Shown: piece after piece, positions 29,795 through 40,014 of the stretch | Numbering within the stretch: position 1 is the first letter of the stretch | Layout of the letters: each line of letters opens with the position of its first letter | Assembly: GCA_964458565.1 (NCBI GenBank) | Contig: CAYWJO010000007.1 | Coordinates: forward strand, 46,470 to 110,469 | Source of the DNA: an uncultured archaeon | GTDB lineage: Archaea > Asgardarchaeota > Thorarchaeia > Thorarchaeales > Thorarchaeaceae | Length of the DNA stretch: 64,000 nucleotides | Reading direction: 5' to 3' | Program-made: the position numbers and the translations under genes | The notes under the pieces: model-generated | The model's input: only the letters and a program-made list of their open reading frames with translations | What the model was told of the DNA's origin: nothing | Database searches by the model: none

Positions 29795-30532
29795 ATCAGA
29801 TTCAGGTTGTATCTGTCCACCATTGGGTTCCACTATTTGTTTCAGAACTGCTTTTGTTATCATGAGCGTCGCTATTGCTGAAAGGATTACCTTGACTGGA
29901 GTTATGATACTCGCACCTACCCATATGTATTGTAACTGTTCTACTGTCAATCCATAGAATAACCAATATGCCTGACCTGGTACGAGAACAAATATCCGAA
30001 AGAGAATGTCCGCTTCTAATCCAATGACTGCCGCAAATACAATCGTCAGTGAATCAAGTCTTGGTGCTAGCAAATCCCTTTTGTTCATCTCTACCAATAG
30101 CGAAAATATAATGACGAGTCCAAATCCAACTAATGTGTCCCAAATTCCCCAAATTGGCAGCATCCAAGATATTGGAAATAGGAAATATGCTGCAAGCAAT
30201 ACCATATATATTCCACAAACAGGTTGCCATTTTCTTTGAGAAACGAAACCCGCGACTGCAGCTCCGAGGGGTGCTCCCCACATGAAGACTAACTCAAATG
30301 GGTCTCTGAAATATATCAAATGTCCGAGTACACTTCCCATACCCACTGATACCGCACCATAAAAGGGTCCGAGCAATATCCCAATAAGTGGACTTAGAAG
30401 AAAGAGCCACGAGTCCCAAATTCCACTATAGAAGCCTGGGATTATCGGAATCACATCGAGAACTGCTCCTAGTGCAGTAAACATGGCTAGATATGCAATA
30501 TTCTGGCTGATGTTATTCCCTTGTAACACCAT
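29777..30532 (-). CDS. ECF transporter S-component-like membrane protein
   Basis: AYLAMFTALG, GILLGPFYG; about 7 TM helices. Confidence 0.65.
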   Translation of the reverse strand: MVLQGNNISQNIAYLAMFTALGAVLDVIPIIPGFYSGIWDSWLFLLSPLIGILLGPFYGAVSVGMGSVLGHLIYFRDPFELVFMWGAPLGAAVAGFVSQRKWQPVCGIYMVLLAAYFLFPISWMLPIWGIWDTLVGFGLVIIFSLLVEMNKRDLLAPRLDSLTIVFAAVIGLEADILFRIFVLVPGQAYWLFYGLTVEQLQYIWVGASIITPVKVILSAIATLMITKAVLKQIVEPNGGQIQPESDLGIIR

Positions 30533-30645
30533 CTAGTAGACACCGCGTTCTGGTTCTACTTTAGTCTGTTTACAAATCCTCGTTATAACCTCAGCTGATG
30601 AATACTAGGGGATCAACTGAAGAACCAATTATTCCACGATTCTAC

Positions 30646-31806
30646 CTAACTTCTCTTTTTAATCGCAATTACTGTGATCACTAAAAGGCCCGTAACACCA
30701 GCAATGGTCACAATGACAATGATAGTTGGAAACTCACTTGAAGGGATGGTATTACTTGTGCTTGATCCAGTTGATGAAACCATAGTGGAAGAACCACTTG
30801 TGTTAGTGGATTCAGTCTTTGTAGTAGTTGTAGGTATATTAGTGACCTCGATAATGGCCATATCATAATATGTAATCTCATTGCCAAATATATCTACTAA
30901 CCAGAAATCTACTGTGTAGTTGTTCTTTGTACTGATATCTATTTCAGCAGAATAGGTTCCATTTTCATACTCATCATACATCGGTTCTGCATCGATTGAA
31001 GAATTCGATGTACGTGCTCCAATTTCATATGAATAGGGATAAAATCTCACATAGACGTATTCTATCCCGGTCTCATCATATACGTCTGCTTGTACTTCTA
31101 TTGTGCCATATGGTTCAACCACAATGGGACTAATAGTGATATTTGAGATTGTAGGTGGATTTTCTTCATAGACACCAAGCGCAGTTGCTATCGCGATACA
31201 CATCTCTTCTCTATAATATCTACTTCTTACACCTGTAACTATATTGCCATCGATAACAGGTGGTACAACTCCCATATATGTGGCACCTGCTGCTTCATAT
31301 TCATCGATAAATCCTCCATCACCTGTGACATTCTTTCCATCTATCACATCCGCTGCGGCTAAGACACGAACCGCTTTACACCATGCACTTACAACCAATT
31401 CAGCTGATACCGCATCCGCAATTAAATCCAGAACATCCTGATCTGTACGTAGTATCTCATGTGATTCCCCTGGCATAATGGAAATGGCATCATATTCAGT
31501 AATGTTTTGAATATCCCACACCAGAACATCTGGAATCACTATTTCCTCATCATTTTGATAATCACATGGTGTTAATTCTTCAGCTGTTCCTGCTATTGTA
31601 ACATTCCAACCGTAACTCTCTAAGATCGGTCGAATGTAATGATAATTAGCACCATAATCATGGTCCATCAAGAAAAGAATCTCGATTTGCTCTTCAACAG
31701 TTTCTGGCAATAATGTCCCATTAGCATGGGTGTATATAGAAAATGATGAAACAGTCATTATACAGAGAACCACCAATGTGAGCGCTCTACCATTATTATA
31801 TCGCAC
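30646..31806 (-). CDS. Membrane-anchored DJ-1/PfpI family protein with Ig-like domain and S/T linker
   Basis: Signal peptide, YDAISIMPG, SAWCKA, VIDGNIVTG; Thr/Ser-rich linker; C-terminal TM followed by KKR. Confidence 0.75.
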   Translation of the reverse strand: MRYNNGRALTLVVLCIMTVSSFSIYTHANGTLLPETVEEQIEILFLMDHDYGANYHYIRPILESYGWNVTIAGTAEELTPCDYQNDEEIVIPDVLVWDIQNITEYDAISIMPGESHEILRTDQDVLDLIADAVSAELVVSAWCKAVRVLAAADVIDGKNVTGDGGFIDEYEAAGATYMGVVPPVIDGNIVTGVRSRYYREEMCIAIATALGVYEENPPTISNITISPIVVEPYGTIEVQADVYDETGIEYVYVRFYPYSYEIGARTSNSSIDAEPMYDEYENGTYSAEIDISTKNNYTVDFWLVDIFGNEITYYDMAIIEVTNIPTTTTKTESTNTSGSSTMVSSTGSSTSNTIPSSEFPTIIVIVTIAGVTGLLVITVIAIKKRS

Positions 31807-31973
31807 AGTAAATGCACCTGTGCAATCTACAATTCTCCTTAACAAAAGGTTCTGAGATTTAAGCAATTGTTTGCGCTGAACCTTCAGTGTGAATCTTTTC
31901 AGCGTGTTTTATTTCATCATCATCCAAACCGAAACGTAAAACTATCTTTCGTGTTAACATCGATTGTTGATTA

Positions 31974-32519
31974 GTGATGTCATTGTCTCTCAAAGATGAA
32001 GCGCATCAAGTTGTAGAGGATCTAGATGTAATGGCTTTACTCCGTGCTTACGGTCATGCTGAGATTGTTGGAAGTGTTGCCCTAGATCTGATTGTAAAGA
32101 GAGATATTGATATCCATGTACATCTTCTACTACAGGACCCTTACGCCATGGCTGGTGAAGTCCTTCCTGTCTTGCTTGACAAAAAATGGGTCCGGAACAT
32201 TCGCGTTGATAAATATTCAAGCAAGAGTGCGGTAAAATTAGCCATTGATGCATATCCCGGTCCTACAGGTCCTTGGAATATAGACATCTGGATTACTTCC
32301 GATGTTTCTACTACAGGATTCGAAGTCACCAATATTTTACTCGAAAGTTTAACGGCTGAACAAAGAAGTGCGATTCTGGAAATCAAAGAATATTATCACA
32401 ATCTGGGTGTTCTTAGAAACGGACTGAGTCTAAGAATATATGATGCTGTATACAAGAATGGTGTACGGTCTATTGAAGAATTCAAAGCCTATTTGCCTAC
32501 TCTTAGCCGAGCAACATGA
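31974..32519 (+). CDS. Nucleotidyltransferase-fold hypothetical protein
   Basis: IVGSVALDL...DIDI and WNIDIW (GS...DxD...D). Confidence 0.65.
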   Translation: MMSLSLKDEAHQVVEDLDVMALLRAYGHAEIVGSVALDLIVKRDIDIHVHLLLQDPYAMAGEVLPVLLDKKWVRNIRVDKYSSKSAVKLAIDAYPGPTGPWNIDIWITSDVSTTGFEVTNILLESLTAEQRSAILEIKEYYHNLGVLRNGLSLRIYDAVYKNGVRSIEEFKAYLPTLSRAT

Positions 32520-32525
32520 ATTATG

Positions 32526-33236
32526 TTAATACTTGTCCGGAATAAATAGGATGAAACATGTCATCGGTTCAGATTTGACTCGAATCTTCCATCCATGAGC
32601 ACTCACTATTCCTTGAATAATCGCTAGTCCATAACCCTTTCCAAATCTCCTTTTAGTAAGTTCCTGTCCAAAAGTTTCTAAATGGAACTCTCTTGATAAT
32701 GGTTCACCATCATTACAGACATGTATCTCTCTTCCATTCTCTACGATCTCAGCTTTTATTTCAATTCGAGTTGGAGCTCCATGTTTAATGGCATTATCTA
32801 GGAGTAGAGTAAATATCTGTTGAATTCTTTGTCCATCACCTATGACTTCAGGTAGAACATCTTGTTCATAGTCAATATTGACTGGAATGATTAATTTTGC
32901 CAGTGTTGTTAACATATGATTTAGATCTATCTTACTAGGGTTCTCAATAACCAAACCCGCATCTATAAGCGCAACTGATTTATCAAGAATGTCCGATTGA
33001 CCTTCTGAAAGTTGAATTATTTTATCTATATATGCGGGATTCAATTCATCTCTAAGCAGTTCTGCATATCCCATGATATTATGTAGGAACCCCTTCAAAT
33101 CATGCGCCAGACCATGAACAAACTCACTCAGCAACTTATTCTGTTCTACAAGAACATGACTTTTCTTCTTACCATCTGTCATGTTATCAGATTGCTCATG
33201 CATGTGCATTTTCTCCTTTGACATACAAGAGTACAA
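32526..33236 (-). CDS. Minimal orphan histidine kinase (HisKA plus HATPase_c)
   Basis: AHDLK, LLDNAIKH, NDG, GYGL; no sensor domain; start uncertain. Confidence 0.8.
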   Translation of the reverse strand: MYSCMSKEKMHMHEQSDNMTDGKKKSHVLVEQNKLLSEFVHGLAHDLKGFLHNIMGYAELLRDELNPAYIDKIIQLSEGQSDILDKSVALIDAGLVIENPSKIDLNHMLTTLAKLIIPVNIDYEQDVLPEVIGDGQRIQQIFTLLLDNAIKHGAPTRIEIKAEIVENGREIHVCNDGEPLSREFHLETFGQELTKRRFGKGYGLAIIQGIVSAHGWKIRVKSEPMTCFILFIPDKY

Positions 33237-33328
33237 GCAATATAGCTCCTATAACTACTTGCTTCATATACTCTCTATTTGGAACTCATTCTCTATGAGC
33301 ATATTAGCACCGATTCAAACACACCATC

Positions 33329-33538
33329 ATGACCGACGAGATTGACAAGTACACACTAGTAGGTGGACAGGTTTACAAGCTTGCTGAATCATTTGTCGAT
33401 CCAAGAGATGCAGTTGCATTGGCGAAAGAGCTATCTAATGAACATCATGTATACATCACTAAAGCTCAACAAAACCTATGGGCAATCTATTGGCGACCAC
33501 GTGATGTCGAAATCCAATGCTCTCTCAAGATCACTTGA
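33329..33538 (+). CDS. Small hypothetical protein
   Basis: 69-aa ORF with ATG in an otherwise empty gap. Confidence 0.55.
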   Translation: MTDEIDKYTLVGGQVYKLAESFVDPRDAVALAKELSNEHHVYITKAQQNLWAIYWRPRDVEIQCSLKIT

Positions 33539-33572
33539 GTGAATCCAATATTGCCTATCACATTTGTTTCTA

Positions 33573-35663
33573 CTATCTCTTGACCTCACCAAAAAGAGAT
33601 TCAAATTCCTTGGCTTTTTCATGGAATCCATACTTCTTCCAAGCCCCTATCGCAATCTCAAGAATCTCCTGTGCGTTACTTCTTAACTTATCGTCACCCA
33701 GTATTTTCCAAGCTTTCATTAACAGGCTTAGAAGCGAATACCCCATCATTGCGACTTCATAATCGTGTTTGCTCATATCTTGTAGGGAAACACGATTCAA
33801 TACCTCAATAATGCTAACAAATTGTCTGAGTTCTTTCATTTCGATGAAGTCTGTTGCCTCTGATAAGAGGTATGTTAAGGCAATTATGTCATCTCTGCAG
33901 ACAAGACCCTGAGTCATGAAAAATTGGTGAACTGACAATACCGTTTTCAATGCATTATATTGCACTTCTGACTGACAACTCTTGTCCAAAACCTTAGATC
34001 CAAGAGATGCCAATGCCATCATGATATTTCCCACATTCGTAGCGAATGTCATTGGGTCTAGAATTCTTAGTGCATCAACATCTCCCACGTCAAGAGTCTT
34101 AATGGTCGCTAGTATCAGCTTGATTTCGTCATGATGTAATTCACCGGCAATTGTAAGTACAGGTGATATTGCATTCATAAATACATCAAGAGAAAGACGG
34201 CCTCTGAGTTTTGGCCACTCCTCTTCCAGAACCAACACAATATCATGCAGGAAATCGGCAATATCAGCAAGATTACTGTCTCTCTCACCTCCTGTAGTTA
34301 GATGGAAGTATTCTGCGTAAGCAACACTCAAACTTTGAAAGACACTATCCACTGTGTAAGAGAAGAGAGGTATGTTGAATCTGAGAAGTTTTCTGAAATA
34401 CATGGAGTATAGTGATATGACCTCTTTCAGAAACCCTCTCTTTTCTCCAATTGAAAGAACCGGGGACTCAGCTATAGCTGTCAATAGCGTGATATAATTC
34501 TGAAGCTGTAAGGATCCTGTCTGGCCTGCACGGATAATTTCACTCTCAATAGATTCTTTGTTATTCTGACTGATTACGCTATCAAGTAGTTTCACCGTAG
34601 TACCTATTCTAACCTTCCACAAACCAAGTTCATCTTTGAAGTCATCCATACTAGTCATACTGTATAATTTTTGAAACAAAGCACTTCTCTCGATGACCGC
34701 ATCTAAATAGCTGCAAATGACATCGAATCCATGTTTTTCAAATAGCATCGAGAGCTGTTTAGCAAAATCAGGATGGTCTCCTATTCTCGAATCAAGAAAA
34801 ACAAAGGATTTGAGTAGACAGTCTTCATTATCTTCAATTTGGAAGGTTTTGATTGCGTGTTCAAATGAATGTTCATAATCAATTGGTGCAATCTCACCAA
34901 AAATCCTACCTATCATACTCCTTCCAAGCTGGTATAACGTTCCAGATGGAAGTGAATTCGCAATACCACGGAATATCTCTCGTGGGGGTGCTCGTGTTTT
35001 AGTCATAGTGGATGCAAGGGCTCCCATTTTCAGTGCAAATAACTTGACAGCTGGATTGTCATGTTTCAAACTAGCTATACACGCTTTGTCAAACGCTCCA
35101 TTTTTTGCATATCGCATTGCACTGTCAACATCAGTTTCAATGCTCTCTGTTAGATTTTTCCACTCTTCTTCAAGCTCGACTGTTTCAACAGTGTTCTCTA
35201 AATCATCAAGTATCTGTTTGTATGTGGGATTTTTCTTCAAAGTTTCTAAAATCGGAATCCATGTTGTTTCTAATATATCACTCAAACTGAATTCTAGACT
35301 ATGCTTCACATATGAATCAAGAATTGCGCATACTAGATCTTTGTGCAAGTCCGTAACGCTCCCATCAGCAGGAGGCACGCGGGACTCATCAATCTCTTCA
35401 GCAATAATACGAATTAGTATATCCATGTAATCTTCTGCTCTGTCAACAAGGGCTACAATAGTATACCCCTTCTTACTCTCTGTCATAAGCAGTTTCTGTT
35501 CTCTGAAATCGAGCTTCAATACATTACCTGAAGATATCGTTGAACTCAATGTCTTAGTGGCTTCAATTAGAGCTCCAACTAGCATATCGCTTCTTGTTGC
35601 AAAATTGCTTTTGACCTGGACTGAAATGCCGCCTTCTGAAAGAACACCAATCAGACGTATCAT
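33573..35663 (-). CDS. Protein with N-terminal longin/roadblock-like domain and helical solenoid
   Basis: MIRLIGVLSEGG...MLVGALIEA...beta-strands...helix pattern, then about 580 aa of helical sequence. Confidence 0.55.
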   Translation of the reverse strand: MIRLIGVLSEGGISVQVKSNFATRSDMLVGALIEATKTLSSTISSGNVLKLDFREQKLLMTESKKGYTIVALVDRAEDYMDILIRIIAEEIDESRVPPADGSVTDLHKDLVCAILDSYVKHSLEFSLSDILETTWIPILETLKKNPTYKQILDDLENTVETVELEEEWKNLTESIETDVDSAMRYAKNGAFDKACIASLKHDNPAVKLFALKMGALASTMTKTRAPPREIFRGIANSLPSGTLYQLGRSMIGRIFGEIAPIDYEHSFEHAIKTFQIEDNEDCLLKSFVFLDSRIGDHPDFAKQLSMLFEKHGFDVICSYLDAVIERSALFQKLYSMTSMDDFKDELGLWKVRIGTTVKLLDSVISQNNKESIESEIIRAGQTGSLQLQNYITLLTAIAESPVLSIGEKRGFLKEVISLYSMYFRKLLRFNIPLFSYTVDSVFQSLSVAYAEYFHLTTGGERDSNLADIADFLHDIVLVLEEEWPKLRGRLSLDVFMNAISPVLTIAGELHHDEIKLILATIKTLDVGDVDALRILDPMTFATNVGNIMMALASLGSKVLDKSCQSEVQYNALKTVLSVHQFFMTQGLVCRDDIIALTYLLSEATDFIEMKELRQFVSIIEVLNRVSLQDMSKHDYEVAMMGYSLLSLLMKAWKILGDDKLRSNAQEILEIAIGAWKKYGFHEKAKEFESLFGEVKR

Positions 35664-35982
35664 TAGGAGCACCAATTATTTTCTAGCTCGACAATACTTT
35701 GGTAAACCCCCCGAAAAAGATTCTCCATAGGTACTCTCATATGTTACACCCATTTAAAGCTCGCCGAACCATTATATTCAGGTTATTTCTGTCAATTGGT
35801 AATATTGGAAACCATGAGGGAATTTGTTGCAATTAATGATCCACGCATTGGAAGAAAAATCAAGAATGGTCGATATAATAAATTCCAAGGTAATAGATGC
35901 ATGGCTGGACCCTGAAACTCTCCATGAAATTATCGCCTTCAAACCAATTCGATGAAGATTACTATCTCGATGTTGTCCGTTC

Positions 35983-37539
35983 TCATGTAGAATCCCATAT
36001 TTCATCTTGTACATAGTTACGTCCTGATTTCATGCAAATCTCCGCCTTGGTTAATTCACACCCTAGATACGAAGCATGACTAAGATGACTGATTATTCCT
36101 CTGGTCAATATGGCCTGTAACAGAGCATTAGCTGTCTCGGACTTCAAGTTAATTGTTGAGTTGTCTGACTTTTTATGCTGGCAGAGTATTCTTCTTCTAC
36201 GCCGATCCACTGCAATCCTAAAACAACCTTTAGGATCAGTTTGATGCTTAGAAGTTTCCTTCATGACAACTTCAAAGCTATCATTGTCGCTTAATGTCTG
36301 TGGATCAAATTGCGGAGATTTGATATAAAATGCTGAGAATCCTATATCTCTAGGTGGAGCATTCAAAATCTTAGCCGCAAAGGACATCTGACTGGCAAGA
36401 TGGAGTTCTTTTGTACTATACACGGTAGAAGCTCTCTCCTCAGTTGTGAGAAACACTGAGATTCCTAATTCAATGCCCAAACAAGCAAGTAATGCGTTAA
36501 CTCCTGTTGTATCCGAGTCTATGAACTCTGTAACATTCCCAAAACCTGCCAAAAATGGTCTATCGGAATCTAATTGACGACACATGTAATAAGCAGTCAA
36601 TGATTTCATTAGTCCCGGATGAATCGCAGCTTCCATCAGTGGATCGGCAAATAGCTTAGTATAGCCTTTCTTTTCTAACTTTTCACAAATCTCTTTACAC
36701 AATCTAGCTCGTTCTGACGGCTCATTTGGAAAAACACCCTCTGACACATTCGTTGGAAGGCAGACAATCGCTACATCTTCTGGAAGTCGTTGTACTACAC
36801 CTATGTTTCCATGGTCAACTGAGAGAACGATTTCAGCACCCGCATCAACTCCTGCTAGAATTTCTGAAGGATTCAGTGTGTCAATACTGACAGGCAGTCC
36901 TAGTTTTTTAACTTCAGTAACTAGTTCTGCTATCTTTTCAGGGTCTGTTTTCTCTATGTTCGTACCAAGGTCTATGATATCTGCCCATTCAACAAATTTC
37001 TTTGCTTTCTCCAGTGACTCATCAATCGAACGAGTGGTGACATCTACAACCTCCGCCATGACTTTTGGAGGGAAATCCAATCCTATTGGAATGCCTGATA
37101 TTAGCTTAAAGTTACGGGTTTTGAAACTAACTTTGTCTTCTAATTCTTGGATATATTGGTGAAGATTCTCCTTTTGTTTCTCCTTGATTATAATATCAGC
37201 AGATTCAATTGGTGATAGCAGGTGTGCAAAATCTTCGAACCCTCTTAGGAGTAAAGGCAAGCCCGAAACATTTCTAGTACCTTTTAGTACACGTGTTCTA
37301 AGTTCTCTTCCGACCTGGGTGAAATCTCCTTGGGCCATTCCAGAGATAATAATCACATCCGGATCATGTTTGGATATGAACTCCAATCCATGTCTTAGCA
37401 CCAATCTGGTCGTTGTGAAAGCAGCTACTGAAATTGGAAGGACATCAACATACACATTGTCAAACGCTTCTACACTTCTTCTAACATCATCTTGAGCCAT
37501 TCTTCCTGTCAAAAGCAGTATCCTGCTCTTCTTCGACAT
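35983..37539 (-). CDS. Archaeal dihydropteroate synthase-like protein (C-terminal DUF4346-like)
   Basis: LLTGRMA, LPISVAAF, DIIDLG, VSIDT, GNVTEFIDSD, DPKGCFRI, HASYLGCEL.KAE. Confidence 0.85.
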   Translation of the reverse strand: MSKKSRILLLTGRMAQDDVRRSVEAFDNVYVDVLPISVAAFTTTRLVLRHGLEFISKHDPDVIIISGMAQGDFTQVGRELRTRVLKGTRNVSGLPLLLRGFEDFAHLLSPIESADIIIKEKQKENLHQYIQELEDKVSFKTRNFKLISGIPIGLDFPPKVMAEVVDVTTRSIDESLEKAKKFVEWADIIDLGTNIEKTDPEKIAELVTEVKKLGLPVSIDTLNPSEILAGVDAGAEIVLSVDHGNIGVVQRLPEDVAIVCLPTNVSEGVFPNEPSERARLCKEICEKLEKKGYTKLFADPLMEAAIHPGLMKSLTAYYMCRQLDSDRPFLAGFGNVTEFIDSDTTGVNALLACLGIELGISVFLTTEERASTVYSTKELHLASQMSFAAKILNAPPRDIGFSAFYIKSPQFDPQTLSDNDSFEVVMKETSKHQTDPKGCFRIAVDRRRRRILCQHKKSDNSTINLKSETANALLQAILTRGIISHLSHASYLGCELTKAEICMKSGRNYVQDEIWDST

Positions 37540-37653
37540 ATATCACCACTCCCAAATCATAAAGACTGAACCCTTTGAAGAATTCTCTGGTTCCCCTGGT
37601 ATGTTCGTTTAATTTATGTAGACTGCTTTACTGTAAATCGGATGGTGTGATTA

Positions 37654-38241
37654 TTGACTGAAGATGATAAGCACAAGGATGTTCATTTTGCAACCACTCT
37701 TGAACTAAATGTTGAGAGAATCAAAGGTGATGGCTACATTCTTGATATTGGTGGAGGCGGTGAGGGTGTTATTGGTCAACTTGAGGGACGAAGAGTTGTT
37801 GCAATTGATATTCGCAAAGATGAACTTGAGGAAGCTAATGTTGGCGATTATCTCCGGGTTGTAATGGATGCTACAGACCTTAAATTCTTGGAAGGGAGTT
37901 TTCCCACTGTTACGGCATTCTTCTCGATGATGTATATGGATAATGAAATGAAGGAGAAAGTCTTCAGAGAGATATATCGAGTTCTTGCTCCAAAGGGAGA
38001 ATTCCTCATCTGGGATTTAGTTGTTCCCAAACAATTCGATGAAACTAAACGTGTGTACGCTATATTGTTGAAAATTCATCTGCCTGATAGGACTATTGAA
38101 ACGGGGTATGGCTGTCCTTGGGCCAAACGTGTACAAAACTTCTCTGATTTCAAGGATTTTGCAATGAACGTTGGATTTGATCTTCTTGAGGAGGACATTG
38201 GAGAACATTCTTTCTTCCTCCGATGGACAAAACCAGAATAA
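37654..38241 (+). CDS. Class I SAM-dependent methyltransferase
   Basis: ILDIGGGGEG, MDATDL.F, YRVLAPKG. Confidence 0.88.
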   Translation: MTEDDKHKDVHFATTLELNVERIKGDGYILDIGGGGEGVIGQLEGRRVVAIDIRKDELEEANVGDYLRVVMDATDLKFLEGSFPTVTAFFSMMYMDNEMKEKVFREIYRVLAPKGEFLIWDLVVPKQFDETKRVYAILLKIHLPDRTIETGYGCPWAKRVQNFSDFKDFAMNVGFDLLEEDIGEHSFFLRWTKPE

Positions 38242-38317
38242 CCTGTTCCTAGGAGTCCGTTTGCTATTGTATTTGATATGTTTCAGCGTACTCAGTAACA
38301 TTTATAACTAAATTATG

Positions 38318-38329
38318 TATAGTACTATA
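38318..38329. promoter_or_regulatory. Palindrome upstream of padR (candidate operator)
   Basis: TATAGTACTATA, flanked by ATGT...ACAT. Confidence 0.4.
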
Positions 38330-38396
38330 TAACATAGAGTATATGGTGTTACACAATGGTAAACAACATAAATCGTTTCAATGGCGGTAACAACGA

Positions 38397-38768
38397 ATGA
38401 GTAAATTGCATCGAAAAGCCCTTGATGAGTTTGACCGCTGGTCGAAAGAAGTCAAGAGAGGTGCTGCATCATTGGCGATACTATCAGTCTTGGAAGGCGA
38501 AAGCAACTATGGTTATGAGATAGTAAATGCTCTGAAACGGAAAGGTGCTGATTTTCTCGCTTTTGAAGAAGGTACAGTGTATCCTCTTCTTAAGAGGCTC
38601 GAACAACGAGATCTTTTGAAGGCTGAATGGAATTACGATGATCCTGCAAAGCCGAGGAAGTACTATACCACAACCGCGGAGGGTAAGGAAGCACTTCGAC
38701 TGATGAAGGAAAAGTGGAATGAACTTGGGAGAGAAATGGAACGCATTTTAGAAGGTGACGCACTATGA
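38397..38768 (+). CDS. PadR family regulator
   Basis: YGYEI...EGTVYPLLKRLE...PRKYY..T.EG. Confidence 0.93.
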   Translation: MSKLHRKALDEFDRWSKEVKRGAASLAILSVLEGESNYGYEIVNALKRKGADFLAFEEGTVYPLLKRLEQRDLLKAEWNYDDPAKPRKYYTTTAEGKEALRLMKEKWNELGREMERILEGDAL

Positions 38769-39883
38769 CAAGAGATCCAGATAGAGTAATTGAAGAATAT
38801 TTAGAACGTGTGAAAGTATATCTGCCACTAGGCAGCGAAGATACATTGACAGAGATTCGGACCCACATCTTAGATTCAGCCGAACGAATAGGCGAAGGCA
38901 AGGTGACTGAGGGGTCTGTTATAATGGCGATTGAACGAATTGGTGAACCCCAAAGAGTTGCTAATGAATACGCAGGCACAGGCGAGAAAGTAGGTCCGGT
39001 TCCTGCTGAATATGTACAACCATTATTTAGAATTCTGTTGACTCTTCTTGCAATCAGTATTGCATTAATTATTGGACTAAATGTAGTCGGGATAGCATTT
39101 GATGCATTTATCGATCTTAGCGTTCTCCCGTATTACTTCCCAATAGTAGTCGTTCTGAATGTCTTTATCGTTGTATCCATAATTGCCCTGATTTCATTGA
39201 TCGTGGACCGCGACAAGCGGATTACAGAGAGAACTACACTTGAGGCTATCTTTGGTGCTGGAAGTGAAGGTTTCAAACCTAAAGGTCGTCTGGATGCAGC
39301 TGGTGAAGTATTCTTTGGTTTCCTTTGGGCATTAGTGATCATTCTTCCTCCGGTATTAGCTGCTCTAAATCCAGCTATCCTCCTCCCAATGGTCATAGCA
39401 GCATTTCTGTTGCTCATCGGTTCCGTAAAGGGGTCTCTCTTCTACACTGCCGGCGAGAACAATCTCAACTTATTGTTTGAAGCCCTATTGAGTATTGCAT
39501 GGATTATCCTTGCATTGTTTCTAGCTGGAGTTCCATATCCTATGGACAAAATCTACTACAATACTAATGGCGTCTGGATGACTATGACTGTGGAGGAACT
39601 TACTACTCTTGTACCAATTGATGTATTTGACCTCACAATTGTTTTCGCAATTGGTTGGAGCATCTTCATCTTCATTCTTGTAGTGACCAATGTCTGGAGA
39701 GTATTGGTATCAGTATCTAAGATATCCCTATACCTGCGAGATGGAAAAGGTTGGTGGTGGCAAGGTGGCTGGGGTAAGCCACAATACAGGCGTAGTCGCT
39801 GGTATAAGAGATTCTTTGCCAAAGATGACAATGAGTCAGAAGAATACACAACTTACACTGACGGTTATACGGGAAACGAATAA
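38765..39883 (+). CDS. PadR-associated membrane protein (HAAS-like N-terminus)
   Basis: IEEYL..V...L...EI..HI...GEP..VA; multiple TM helices; ATGA overlap with padR. Confidence 0.75.
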   Translation: MTRDPDRVIEEYLERVKVYLPLGSEDTLTEIRTHILDSAERIGEGKVTEGSVIMAIERIGEPQRVANEYAGTGEKVGPVPAEYVQPLFRILLTLLAISIALIIGLNVVGIAFDAFIDLSVLPYYFPIVVVLNVFIVVSIIALISLIVDRDKRITERTTLEAIFGAGSEGFKPKGRLDAAGEVFFGFLWALVIILPPVLAALNPAILLPMVIAAFLLLIGSVKGSLFYTAGENNLNLLFEALLSIAWIILALFLAGVPYPMDKIYYNTNGVWMTMTVEELTTLVPIDVFDLTIVFAIGWSIFIFILVVTNVWRVLVSVSKISLYLRDGKGWWWQGGWGKPQYRRSRWYKRFFAKDDNESEEYTTYTDGYTGNE

Positions 39884-39897
39884 CTAATCATTGATTC

Positions 39898-39925
39898 GAG
39901 AGCCCCTTCAAGGGGTTCTCTTTTT
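39898..39925 (+). terminator. Hairpin plus T-tract
   Basis: GAGAGCCCCT-TCA-AGGGGTTCTC-TTTTT. Confidence 0.6.
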
Positions 39926-40014
39926 CTTATTCTATTGATTTTGAAGCTATCTATCAACACATACGCGATTCTTATATATCCCTAATCTTTTTTCAAGCCT
40001 TCAGAACAAACGCG

